The notes under the pieces are model-generated. The model made no database searches, was not told where the DNA came from, and saw only the letters and a list, made by a program, of their open reading frames with translations. Made by a program: the position numbers and the translations under genes. Source: Fimbriosthenelais zetlandica (lineage: Eukaryota). Taken from it: 64,000 nucleotides of DNA. Positions 10,701 through 22,919 of this stretch are shown here, piece by piece. The stretch covers positions 35,650,001 through 35,714,000 of the forward strand of contig OZ365110.1 of assembly GCA_977030845.1 (NCBI GenBank), in the 5' to 3' direction. Every line of letters begins with the position of its first letter. Within the stretch, counting starts at the first letter, position 1.

Positions 10701-13700
10701 TTAACATGAAAAAAATCTTTTTTTTAATAGAAATCTGAAATTCTACTAGCACTGAGAAAGATAATTATATGCGTTTGTACCTCAGTTTTAAGATCCTCTG
10801 GGTCTTGGGCTGACAGTGCCTTGTTAGCTAGCTCCTTGGCCTCCTTCAAGGCAGGCATTAACTCAGATTCCCGCCAGGTTTGCTTGGCTTCTTCAATGCA
10901 CTCCGCCAGCTTTTCTTCATACCGAGCTTTCTCCTCAGCCAGGGCAGCAGTAAGTTCAGCTTCCCGCCACACATTGTGAGTTTCTTCTATTTTCTTGCTC
11001 ACCAGACTCTCTTTCTCCATTTGAACTTTTTCTTTCACAGATTTCTCCACCTTTTCCATTTCCTCCTTTATCTCTTTTTGTTTTTCAGACTCCCAGGCTT
11101 CTTTGGCTTTGTGAAGATAGAGTAATATTATAGTTAAGAAACATACCTAATTAGAATTACATACCTAAACAAAAACATACATAATTAGAATTACGGAACA
11201 ATTACAATTTCAAAGATTCATATTATAATTCCTTCGGAACTAGGGTTTCGCCTTAATTACTTAATAGGAACAAAACCAACCTTCCTGTAAAGCATGAGCC
11301 AGCTTCTCTTTCATTTCTTCCTCTGTTTTGGTTTTCCATTTTGCCTCAGCATCCATTAGAGCTATTTTGACAGCCGTCTCCTTCGCTCCAGCATACTCTC
11401 TGAGCCAACTGGTCTTTGACAGTTCAACCTTTAAGTCAAATATGATATTCTCAAATTCACAACGCTTTTACTGCATCAAATATATCAAGAATAAATTATA
11501 GTTGAACTCTAAAAATTAAAATTTGTTTGCATACCTTTATATCAATCTCTTTTTGCATCTCTTCTTCCTGGTCCTTCATCCATTTCTCTTTGGCAGCAGC
11601 AATGGCCGAGTCATTATTAACCGACCAGGTTTCCTTCAGTTTCTTTATGTCTTCTTCCTTCTGTTTTTGCAGCTGGTCCATCAGCTTTGAAGTGAAAAAT
11701 GACCAAACTTCCTCACTCATCATTTTTAAAAGAACCCACCCCAATGAAATTAATTTCTGAGATAATACTGAATAATATTTAAAAAATAATCATTTAATAC
11801 AATTGATTACCTCATTGATTTTGTCCTCCACTTTTTCCTGTAGCAGCTTCTCGTTACTTTCTAGGAGGTTCTCCTTTGCTTGACATACAGTGACATACAG
11901 GTCTTTTACCTCGAGAAGTTCAGCATTCATTTTATCCAAGTCTGAACTGTAATAAAAAACAATGTATTTTCAATAGAAATTTAACTCGTAACACAGATCT
12001 AGATACAGGATTGATTGATTAACTGATGGCTCCTTACTTGAGTTCTGATATTTTCTGCTCGTATTCCTTGGCAATTGTTTCTTTCTCTTGGGTAAATTCG
12101 TTCCTGAGGTCAGCGTCTAGTTGGGCTTTGACTCGTTCATGATGCTCTAGAACTGTGGACTCACACCTTCAATGATAAACCATTCAGAGGTTTATTGATT
12201 TACCCAAATCCTTTAATCTATCATTTTTTTTTAAAATCCCCACGAAATTAAAAGATAAGTATTCTATACTTACTGTTCTAACGCCTGTCTTTTGTCCTCG
12301 TCGTATTCTTTGACCATCTGCGCCATCTGATGGCCTAGTTCTAAGTTGGCATCTTTCAGTCTCTCTTCTGAAGCAGCTATCTCTTCAATGCGACCCATCA
12401 GTTCCTAAATTATTTAGAATTATAAGGAGAAATATAACATCGGTGCCTCACCCTAAAAACACGCTTCATTAGAAATACAAGGAGGTTGAGTAGATTTGGC
12501 AAAGGCTATACAAATAATTTGGGATTGTGGGCATCGATAATATTTAACAAGAAGAATTCTACTCACTTGAACTTCCTCTTCCAGTAGTTTCTTGTCTCTT
12601 GTAAGAAAATCTACTTGTCGTTTGAGTCGCCTCTCTGGTACCGTTTCCTGTCCAGGGTTACTTCCTAGTGGACCTACTTCCGTTTCATACTCCGAAAGTT
12701 TCCTCATCGAATCAACAGTTTGTTTCTGGGCATCTTCTAACTTCAGCGTCATTTCATCTAGTGAATACCTGCATCGAGTGAGAAGGAAAACATTCTGAGG
12801 AATGTGCATAAATATTTTTTGTTGTTTTGTTGATAGTGGACTCTTTGGAACCGGCACCGTCACCTCCACATTCTTAGAAATGTAATTTGTTTAAATTTGA
12901 ATTATTCTGGAGATTTTCTACATAAGTAGGTTTTCAAAATAACCAGTGGTATTTAACGTGAATCCATATTTGTTGTCAGTATATACAAGATAAGAAAAAT
13001 ATTGCGATTTTTGGGAACTCATCAACATTATTTGAAATAAGTATTGAATTCGTTTGAATTCCAGATAATTTGATGTCTAATGAACAAGATCGAGAGTCAG
13101 TTCCCCTTATTTCAACATAGCAAAGATCTTTGAATAATTAAACGACCGGTAATGTTAAATACCTGGTTTTTCTCAGTTCCTCCTGGAGGTTAGTCACTTG
13201 CTGACGTTTGTGGCGGTACATGGTGAGGCAGCGTTCCAGTTCCTTCTTCAGACCGTTGAGAGTTTCATCAGAACTCTGACTCCCATCTCCCCTGGAGGAG
13301 GAAGCAGAATAAGAGAGGTCAGATGGGCATAAGTCAGTCAAACAGTTCAAAGCTAACTCCAGGAACTCCTCCGTGTCCTCCCCTCTATCTATGTCCTCAC
13401 CATCCTCCAAATCGATGATATGCTCTTTCATATTCCATTTTTCATTAACCATTTTCCAATTGACAAACTTCTCAGATTTGCTATCTTTAATATGGGAAAT
13501 ATCTGTACTAAAACTGTCCTTCACTGGGGCTTTCAAGCCGCCTCCCAGGAATTGCTTATTAGGCCTAATTAGTCTGGGTCTGCCGACAGTGCTTGAATTT
13601 CCTCTCTGAAATACAGATTTGAATATTTTTTTCTCCCGGCCAAAGGGACCATGGGATGAGATATCAGAATCTCCTTTGGATCCTAACAGGGAATGGGAAA

Positions 13701-16700
13701 TCTCTATGGGAATGCCCTTCTCCCTTTGGGGAGGAGACTGTAAATTCTTTCTCGGTCCAAGTGGGTATCCATCTTTCATCCGTTGTAGGGGATATTCCTG
13801 GCAGCATTGGTTTTGCTCCACATTCCCTGATTTCACTCGCATTTTGGAGGCACCTGACTTGATTGAATCCACAGGGTTTTCAGGTACTTGCCTAGATGTA
13901 TGGGAGGCTAACGGAGTGGACCGATTGGAATTCTTCGGGGACGCTCCATTTGTAAAAGAATTAACAGTGCCTTGGGTATTTTCCTTCAGGGAATCAGCAG
14001 TTGTTCTAATATTTAACTGAGAAAGATATCTAGTGTTTCTAGAAAAAGTTCTAGAAAAAATAAATCCCCCATTTCGGATGGATTTGGGTACATGCAGTAC
14101 AACCCTTCTCGGTGAATTCTGTCTCTCCCCTTCCATACCTTCGGCCACCATCTGCAGATATGTGCAGGACTGGGATTGGGTCCAAACAAGGGAACCTTAT
14201 ACCATTGACTTTTATTGGGCTTATTCACACATAACACAGGCATTTATTGCCATGTATTTATTCTAGTGTTATAATCTAAAGACCCACCATTTAACACAAT
14301 ACCCTACTGCTATCCATAACATCCTTATAACTCTAGCCATGACACTGTAGGCTATTCACCTACCCACCAAATCTGGCCATAAAAAATCCTCAAAACTTTT
14401 ACAAAACAGGCAGTCATAAAAAGCATGTCCCAAAGCAAAATACCGAACTGTACCTAGGGGGCCAAGGGGAAAAAGGTCAAAATGTCTGCTGTAAAAGGTT
14501 GTTGGGTGGTAATCTGCTCTATATTTTGCTCAAAATTGGCCTTTGGCCCCCTAGGTACTGAGTCTCTGAGGATGGCATCTATAGGGCGAAAGCTACATCC
14601 AGCATCAAAAGAAAACCAAATCAAACTTTACCTTTGGCAGATCTCTCCAAGAAATAAGCTACAACTTATCGGCTCTAATCAAACTAATGAAATTATCCCT
14701 GGAGTCACCAATAATAAACATGTCAGATAGTTACTCGAGCAAAGGATCTGGAAGGGGGCCAAGTCTGGAAGCAGTTTATGGACCATTTCTCGCTCCACTG
14801 ATTCTCCACAATACATTATATCCAATATGGAGTAAGATACAGGAGAAAAAAACAACAGGCAATCATAGATAATCATAGAACTATATACTATTCAAATTCA
14901 ATTCAACAGATAAATGTAATGTTAATGCAGACAGAAGTATACATAGAAATGTATTAAATATATAAAATTAGAACTATGCATAGAACATTTTTTCATCCTT
15001 TTTCAGCTGAAAATGGCATATATATCATTTTCATGTTTTTTAAATTAAAATCTGTGAGTACATAATATATTAAATAATATATTAAACTGTACTCACACAT
15101 TAGACCGTGGTGTTGTAGGGTTAGATCCCGTTTCTTCATGAGCTGCTCCTTTATTGCTCTTAATATTGAGCTGAGAATAAGAGTCATCAGCTGCCCCCAC
15201 ACGAGGGGTGAAGGTGGTGCCCCCTAGTTGGGTCGCGCCTGCAGTGCTCCCTCCAGGTAGGATGCCAAAATGAGAGGCTGATTCGTACATCATCACCTGT
15301 TCCTTTAGCTCCTGTAGCTCCCCCTATTGAGGAAAATACCATGCCAAAATTTCAAACAAATATTTTTTTTTATTGAATTAGAAAATACATGTATTGAGTT
15401 CATAATTATGTGAAAGAAATCAAAATTATGAATATTTGTCGCAGGACCTACCGTTAATGCATTATTCATGTCTTCAGCTATTGACTTGCCAGCGATGACT
15501 TCCTGAAGTTGAACTTTGATTTTTGACAGTTCCTGGCCAGTGCCTGGGATTGTTGAAACAAACCAAATTGTTAAACCCAAATATCTTATTAGTTGGTACT
15601 AGAACTTTGACGCAGGACAAACATTTTACAAAGTAGATGCACATACCTGCTTCTAACATCTGCTCACATTGTTTCTGACTGTTTTCTAGACTTTTAGAAA
15701 GTCGGTTAATGGTATCTGCTCTCTCAATCTGCTTCTCTTCCATTTCCTTCAGTAAATGTTTCACTCTATTGTTCAGTTCGTATATTTCATCACTCTGCAA
15801 AAGAGCAAAAGTTCTATTTCATTCCCAGATCTGATCAACTAAAGGCGGGCCGCCACTGTTGCGATATTGCTTGCGACACTATTGCGAAAAAGGTGATGCT
15901 TGTGTCGCAATGACCGATAAACACATTTTTATCAATCTCATTGCGACACAAGCATCACCTTTGTCGCAGTAGTGATGTGAACAGAATCGCAACAGTGGAG
16001 TCCCTGCTTTAGTTACACCAAGTGCAAACATGTAGATGCTACATAGGACCATACAATTCAAAACCACAAGATATATTTATCAGTTAATTCTGTCCGTTGA
16101 TGTACTATTTTTAAATGTAATCACCTTTTCCTGGTTGATTCTGTTACTCCTGTCTAATTTCTCTTTCAGATCTAGTATCTCTGCCTCATGTTTATGTTGC
16201 ATGCTGGTAACGATATTGTTGTGGTGGTCTCTAGCTCGTGATAAACTCTCACTCTTCTCTAACTCACACAGCTGAGCATTGAGCGACTCAATGGTGGACT
16301 CCGCTGTCTGCAGCTTCTTAACGACCTGAAGTGAAATCACAAAAATACAGTAAAGTCTGTGTAGAGTGGACGCTTTTGGAAAGATAAATGATTTCTAGAT
16401 AAGTTTCCTAGGATATATGCAGGATTATTTGAGGAATGCATTTAAGCTGAGCCAAGTATATTCAGAGTTAATTAACAGCTGAGTAAACTTGATTAAACTC
16501 AAAGTTTGTAATTTTGTCAGTGGTTAGTCTCAGCTAGGTTTAAAGGACTTAAACCAGCACTTTCCAGCATTGGTTGTGACGAGAAAGATACTTTCGCTCT
16601 GCGCCGCTTGGGCAAATCGCCTCTGTGTGGGCCCGCCATAATGGAAATGCCTCATGACATTCTATCTGAGTATCTCACCTCTTCTTTGCCTTGCTGAAGG

Positions 16701-19700
16701 GCTAATACCTGGGCTTCCAGCGCATGGTTTTTACCCTGGAGATCAGCTTCCTTCCTCTGGGCTTCAGCTAAAAGTGTCTGCGATTGCTGCAAGCTCCCAT
16801 CCATCCCATCCCTTTCACCTAAAATTAACACATTTTAAAAGGATTTATGACTTTAGTTGCGATAAGCACTATTTTTGGCACTTATCCGACTGTGAAAGTC
16901 ACACCTGTAAGCGACATTCACACCTGGGTTTTTTTGATGGACCCTCGCGAGAAAGTTTGGACAGTGATAAAGACTCAAGTACATAATGTTCTGAGCAGCT
17001 CAGAGTTGATAAACAATCCTTTAATACTTCTTACAAATGGTTCAAGCTTGGACTGCTTGGTTCTTACAAGAAATGGCTTATATAACTTACGTTTGAACAT
17101 AATTATCAGAGGAAATAGTTACCTTGGGTGAGAGCTAGTCCGTGTTTGAGAATGCGGATCTCACGGTCGGAGTCTTCTCGTAAGGCATTTATTTCTTGAG
17201 TCAGTTCCTCTATCTTCCTTCCTCGAGCATCATACAGGATCTGTAACTGGTTTAACTGGCGATTGTCAGGAGCCCCACCTAAAGAATTAATGGTAAAAAT
17301 TATTACTATGGACGTTGATGAATCCAATTAATTCAAAAAACTTTTTGGGAATTATTGCCTAGATATTGGTCAACTCCAATTCTTAGCACGTTTTTTTTGC
17401 AAAAGAATGGCATCCCAAATGAAGATATCACTTAATCTCTAGATGTAATCGACTCTTGCATGGTCAACCTACACTTTATAGCCTTAGCATTGGCAGACAT
17501 TAGTGTAAGGAGATGGTGAGGGTTTATTTTACTGGACACACAAGAGGGCAGTAGATGACCATTCCTCCTGGTCAGCCTCATATTCTCAGCTGGACTCTGA
17601 AATCCATTTATATGACCAGGACTGGCCATTCCACCGGCCTGAACTAATCTTCGACTACCATTCTTCCTGCTGTGAGAATTATATTTAGAAGCAGTGGCCT
17701 TGCTGGGCTGACGAAAGTCATTTTCTCCCTTTGCATACGGCAGTTCTTTCTCATTTAGTATACCATTAGAAACATTCCCAGTTCCATGTTTTTTCTTTGG
17801 TGAATGCCAACTAGTAGAGCTCCCGTTGAAAAGTGACAGAATCATGATGAAAATACCTAGTATTACTGACTGAATTATTATGTGATAATAATAAATCTTT
17901 TGGACAGAAATACAACTCCAGGTGTTCAGGAGTCAGGGGATGGAAGGTGTGGCACACCTATCCAGGTGTAAAACATAGCTATCCACACCACCCCAGGCAT
18001 CGAGCCCAACAAAAGGCCACTTGAGACTAATCAGAATATTATTCATCCCCAACAACTTGGAAATGTCAAGTTCAATTGGTAAATGCTGGGAAACGCAGGT
18101 TTAAATAATACACATCGGTACATGTAGTTCAATTTATAAATAAGGTCAGAATAACTCATCTGAGAGGAGAATAGTTTAGAGTATCTCAGGGTAAGGAGCA
18201 TGTTTAGTAGTCAAGATAACGGTTCGAAGAGGCGATTGATTGGCAGAAAAATGCAGGAAAAAAATCAGAGCAAGTGCACTTGATGTAAAAGTCCAAAGCT
18301 GGATATTGGTTGGTAAGAAGGAACAAGGGGTTTTAATGTGGAATTAGAGACCAATACATGCCAGCACTGTTGACAATAGTGAATTATCTCGGTGGAAAAA
18401 TAAATAACCCTGTTGTTTAGCCTGAATTGTCAATGTAATTACATGTATGTGTGCACCCTGTTGGATAGTGCGAACAGAGAAAATGTATAGAAAATTATCT
18501 ATACTGACCAACTAAGCATCTATATTTCCACAGAAAATATGTTAGTTCCATTTGGAAATTACCTCTAAAATATACTCCATGGCTTGAAAATGAAATTTTC
18601 AAGCCACGTCTGAAGAGAAAGATTAATGGTCAAGTGTCAGAAGTAGCCTATGTGAGAGCCCATGAAGAAATATATAGCCTAGGTCCTTTACAATCAAATG
18701 AGATATACAGGTATAGAGATCCTGCCTTAGAGTTGTCAATAAGAATCACCCAAGGTGGAAACTCTCCACCCGACCTGTGCCTAATGAACTAGGTTTATAC
18801 TACAGTACACCCATAGATTTGATTTACTCCAAAAGAATTTATCCTCTCCATTGATTTTGATCAATTAGAAAAACATTTGTAGATCTTGATTTTGTATGTT
18901 ATGTGGCTCTATCCCTTGACAAAAGATAAACATTATATAATAATAATCCCTTACATAATGTCAATTAATGGATTACCTACTGAGATTACAATGGTCAGCT
19001 TGATGTCCTACTTGTAAGCCCTTTGTAACTTTCCAACTAGCATTCTTAATTTGATTTCTTCAGATTTTTTACATAGAAATTCAAATATTTATTTTCACTT
19101 ACCCTGGCCAAGAAATTCCTTCTGGAGAGTGTCATGTTCTGCCTTGTGGCCTCTTCCTTGGTTGGAGTACTGGACATTCTCTGCAGTGTTTGGTAGTTGA
19201 TGGTCAGTCTCAGACTGGACAGGAGCTTGACCCCTGAAAGTTACTCTGTACCCATCTAAATTATCAACACGATCCTCGGCTAGCCCTCCTCGGGACATTA
19301 CGGCCACTGTATTGGCTTGGGTGACCGGAGGATCATTGTTCATAGTCAAACGATGCTGCTTGACGGGATGCGACATGAAAGCATCTTCTTTCTGGTCTTG
19401 AGACATGGCCCCGTATATTCCAGCACCTCTCCCCTGAACAGCCCCACCTTGTGCTTGGGGATGAAAGTCTTGATTGCCATAAAAATGCCCATGCATTTTG
19501 GCGTGAACCTGACGATTTGTATCATAAAGATTGTCATTAGTATGTGCATTGCCACCCTCTGCTTCCTCTCTCAGTCCATAGGCTAATGGTTTGAATTGGG
19601 CATGGGCATGGGAAAAGCCCTGATCTGTGGATTGGGTGTGTTGGGCTGACCAGTTATTGGGAGCCAGGGCTTGGTGGTTAGGACCTATATCATGGGTAGG

Positions 19701-20900
19701 GTATTGGTATTGGGGGTAGTGTAAGTTGGGAGGGCCTGGGGCATGTTGTAGGTGTGGGTGGGTGAAAGGGGTTGGTGCTGGGGTGGCCAGGGGTGGGACC
19801 TGCTGTATCCCTGCCATGGGTGTTGATGTTTGCTGTAAGGGCATGCCATGGTAAACATGTTCATGTTCAGGCAAACCGCCCCCATTCGTACCCCATATGG
19901 CTGCACTGTAAATGAAAGAAAATAAGAACAATTTTGATTTTTTTCTTCAAAATAAATTAGTTTGATCTAAAAATTTAAGATGAAAGATGGAAATGTTTGA
20001 TATATAAAATTTGGATCAGTACAAAAAAGTGGATCTAGGTGTAATTATAGAATTTGATCTTTGGTCAGGACGCGTTTATTTACTGTTCTACCTTCGGTTA
20101 AAATCTCAAGCTATACTCTTTCTTCTGCATGATAAAATCTTTTCCTGATCCTTGTACAAATACCACTACTTATATTGACTAGAACAGGCAAGACAGCCAC
20201 CACACAATCATCAGCAATGACTAATGCATGCATGAATTGAATTTAACACCTGGCACTTAGTCTTACTTAGCCTATATTTTACCTAAGCATGACTGAACAA
20301 ATAGTCCATGAAACCTACTTTTGTGGAGTCTCGGTAGTTGGGGAATCATCGCTAGAAATGACGCCCTGTGACTCGCCTGATCCATCATCATCGTCCTCGT
20401 CAGTAAAGTCACAATCAAAAGCTGTTGTCAGCAAGTCTCGAAGCTGGTGAAAAATGAAAAAAAGTGTTTAACAAATTTTATGAAAGAAAATCAGTATTTT
20501 GAAATGGTTCTATTATGATGACCATAGGCCCTATATGATCCTGCCCAGGTAATATAAAATCCCATCCGAAAATGTAGAATAAACAGGAAGGAGTGTATAA
20601 AATGTGTTTGGACGGCTCCGACCTGTATGGTCGATTCATAAAAGGGGAAAGAAAAAGATCATGATTCATATTCAGTGACCAGTCACCATTATTCACAAGA
20701 TGAAAGAACCAGGCGACATATCTGTCTATGAAAATTAAATATCATATTAGATTCAGTCACATTGAACTAAGAAGTTAACACACCTCTTGCTGTCGCTGTT
20801 GTTCTTCCCTTTCATACTCGGCTTCTTCCTGATTGTGAAGGGCTTGAGCATCGAAGTTGAGACTGACACTGCGATTAGTGTCTTCTGTAGGCTTCATCAT
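4783..20900 (-). CDS. CEP152: Centrosomal protein CEP152/asterless, ~2269 aa. Coding exons: 20900-20784, 20443-20319, 19905-19103, 17278-17123, 16818-16679, 16325-16125, 15794-15647, 15543-15452, 15323-15097, 13291-13163, 12768-12567, 12404-12274, 12166-12038, 11946-11811, 11684-11535, 11428-11281, 11106-10781, 10552-10409, 9893-9567, 9276-9133, 8993-8850, 8481-8143, 7816-7664, 7565-7392, 7134-7074, 6917-6767, 6595-4783
   Basis: 27 GT-AG exons with consistent phases. Recognisable CEP152 blocks: N-terminal SLNFDAQAL..EEAEYERE..RQQEL; QLNQLQILYDARGRKIEEL; ESLSRARDHHNNIV; INRLSKSLENSQKQCEQML; MYESASHFG; LKKELERCL...KRQQVTNLQEEL; MVKEYDEDKRQALEQCE; VKERQNTARRLRKYYMKCL. Long coiled coil throughout. 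Confidence 0.92.
7213..7324. mobile_element. Small TTAA-flanked element (~110 bp)
   Basis: TTAA|AGGGGCGC ... GTGCCCCTT|TTAA; short TIR, no ORF. Confidence 0.45.
7943..8118. mobile_element. MITE family C (hairpin-type, TGCGA-rich)
   Basis: AAGGCAGGACTCCACTGCTGGGATTTTGCTTGCGACACT start matches the 15840 copy; imperfect TIR. Confidence 0.65.
8558..8798 (+). mobile_element. MITE family B (TIR CTGGGCTAGTGCTAA), copy in a CEP152 intron
   Basis: Homologous to the 44406-44800 copy; right TIR degenerate (TTAGCGCTAGCGC). Confidence 0.75.
15840..16011. mobile_element. MITE family C, strongly self-complementary copy
   Basis: CCACTGTTGCGAT...ATCGCAACAGTGG termini and inner AAAGGTGATGCTTGTGTCGCAATGA / TCATTGCGACACAAGCATCACCTTT inverted repeat. 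Confidence 0.7.
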
Positions 20901-21693
20901 TATCCTTGATTACATGTACTACAAAACAAGATGACATATTATGGTAATTGAATGAGTAAATCATGAAGCCCGACTTTTGAGTTGTAATTTTTAAAGTGTC
21001 AGGCCTTTATCCTAGGCTAAACTTGTAGGGCTAGGCGTCATTCTAGACCATAAAAATAAATGCCCCATTTTGCATTTTGTATTTAAAAAAGAATGAAATG
21101 AAATGGTTATTGCTGTACACACAGTATTCAATTGTAATATACAATATATATGATATCTGACTATAGCTAAGGACATGGATAGGCTATCAATATCCAATAA
21201 TCATCATGACTCTATGAAGATCAATGAAAAGAAAGGAGGGGCCATGTCCAAGTTTTGGCATTGGCAGCAACAATAGTACCTATTTTGACAGATCATAGGC
21301 CTACACTACAGCATTACACTTTACATCCTAGGTAACCTACCTTTTGTGTGAATTTACCATCAAAACGGTAGTACAATTTGCAAAATAAGTCCCGGGCATG
21401 ATACAACAAAATTATACATCTTGCATAACAGGAGAAATTCCTCAAAAAGATGCCATCACAACATGAATGAAAGAACACAAGACAGCAGATCATTGGAACT
21501 GGAAGGATGTGTTTGGACTTGCACTGACTCCCAGGATGTCAACAAAAACATTGTAGTTTTCTAGGGATTCCCGGGTTTTAATCCACGCGATCGGTACAAT
21601 TTCGGGATGTAGACAACTTAGTCCCATGACAGACAAAGTGTCATGCATTAATTATGCGAAAGAGCAGAGAAAACACGAAAAATATAAACTTAC

Positions 21694-21760
21694 ATGGAAG
21701 GTGCTTTGAAAAGAGCCGCCATCACTATTTACCCAACATGCATTTCACCCCCGTCAACTT
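21694..21760 (-). other. CEP152: Putative non-coding first exon of CEP152; upstream boundary approximate
   Basis: Minus-strand donor T|GTAAGT at 21693-21688. Acceptor TTTTGTAG at 20920-20919 opens the ATG-bearing exon at 20918. Confidence 0.45.
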
Positions 21761-21764
21761 CCGG

Positions 21765-21820
21765 TCAGAGCAAAATGGATCCAAGCGTCAACATCGCCGC
21801 TGTTCGAGACGTGATTTCAG
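21765..21820 (+). other. RALBP1: Putative first exon of RALBP1; contains an ATG at 21775
   Basis: CpG-rich segment ending in donor CAG|GTAAAT at 21820/21821. Next acceptor TTTCAG at 22874. Confidence 0.6.
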
Positions 21821-22919
21821 GTAAATTCATGGATAATTCACCGTCTTTGGGGCTTGAATTAGTTACAGAAACAATGAACTGTATGGCTATTGGGATGTGG
21901 TGTTTGTATCGATGAAACTCGCCAAATAACATGAAGAATTATAATGCCTTGAGCGATAATAGGGAAGTTTACCAATATAATGGAGGTCTTCCTACCGCAT
22001 CCCTCCCGCCTGTCGATATTATTAATTTATTCCTGGTGTATTCATAGTTAATTGACGATTAAGAGGTCTTATCTCATGTTCCCTATATCCTGCAGGATGA
22101 TGGTACCTATTGAAACCACTTGACAATGCTAGAACTTGTTTCAAAGGGTTGAGAAAGACACAATGACACTGACAGCACAAAATGACAAATGAGATTGAGA
22201 ACGCCCACTGCCTGCCTTCAAATGCAATGCCGATGAAAATGGTGTCATAAATGCACATAATGACAAAGATGTAACATTGTAGGCCTGTAATTGTTTGTTT
22301 GTTGATAGTCCTTTTCAGAATAAGAAGGCCTACAACTAGCGTAGAAGATTATAATATCGGAAATTAAAGACGGGTAAAATAGGGAAATTTACTTCAACCA
22401 TAATTTTATGCTTCAACTTGTAAATATTTGTTTATTGATTTTTGTGATCATGGCAGTCAATACACATCTGCCCCTTGGTTAGGACAACAGCTTATACAGT
22501 GCTAAAGTGCCATGCCTTTCCCCTAATCGTTTGATGTGACCTCTTATTTAATTTTTCTACTCAAATCCCACACTATTGAAAAATTCTTATCTCTCCCTGC
22601 TATCCTTTGTGACTAAAACTAAAAGCAATTCAAACTGTAAAATCATGGTGGTTCCTATTATAAGAAAATCTAATCATAACCCCTGACCTCTGCTTTCTTC
22701 TGCCCTTTCTTTGATTAGAAAGATAAGCCTAATTTGAATAACATTAATTTTGTTAACCTTATCACAAAGACTCCAACTCATTTCATATTAAATTGGATTT
22801 AACATTTTGGATCATCTTTAACTTTGCTTTCTTTTGGAGACTCATGCGGGGTTTTGCTGGTGTGTTGCTTTCAGAATAGTAGTGGTGTTGGGTTCAAGAT
22901 CTCTATACTCTAAGTCAAG

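Larger units (their letters stand above)
21694..21820. promoter_or_regulatory. Putative compact bidirectional promoter CEP152/RALBP1
   Basis: CpG-rich ~130 bp bounded by opposing splice donors (21693 minus, 21821 plus). Contains ETS core ACTTCCGGT 21757-21765, YY1-like GCCGCCAT 21716-21723 and CHR-like TTTGAA 21705-21710. Confidence 0.65.
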
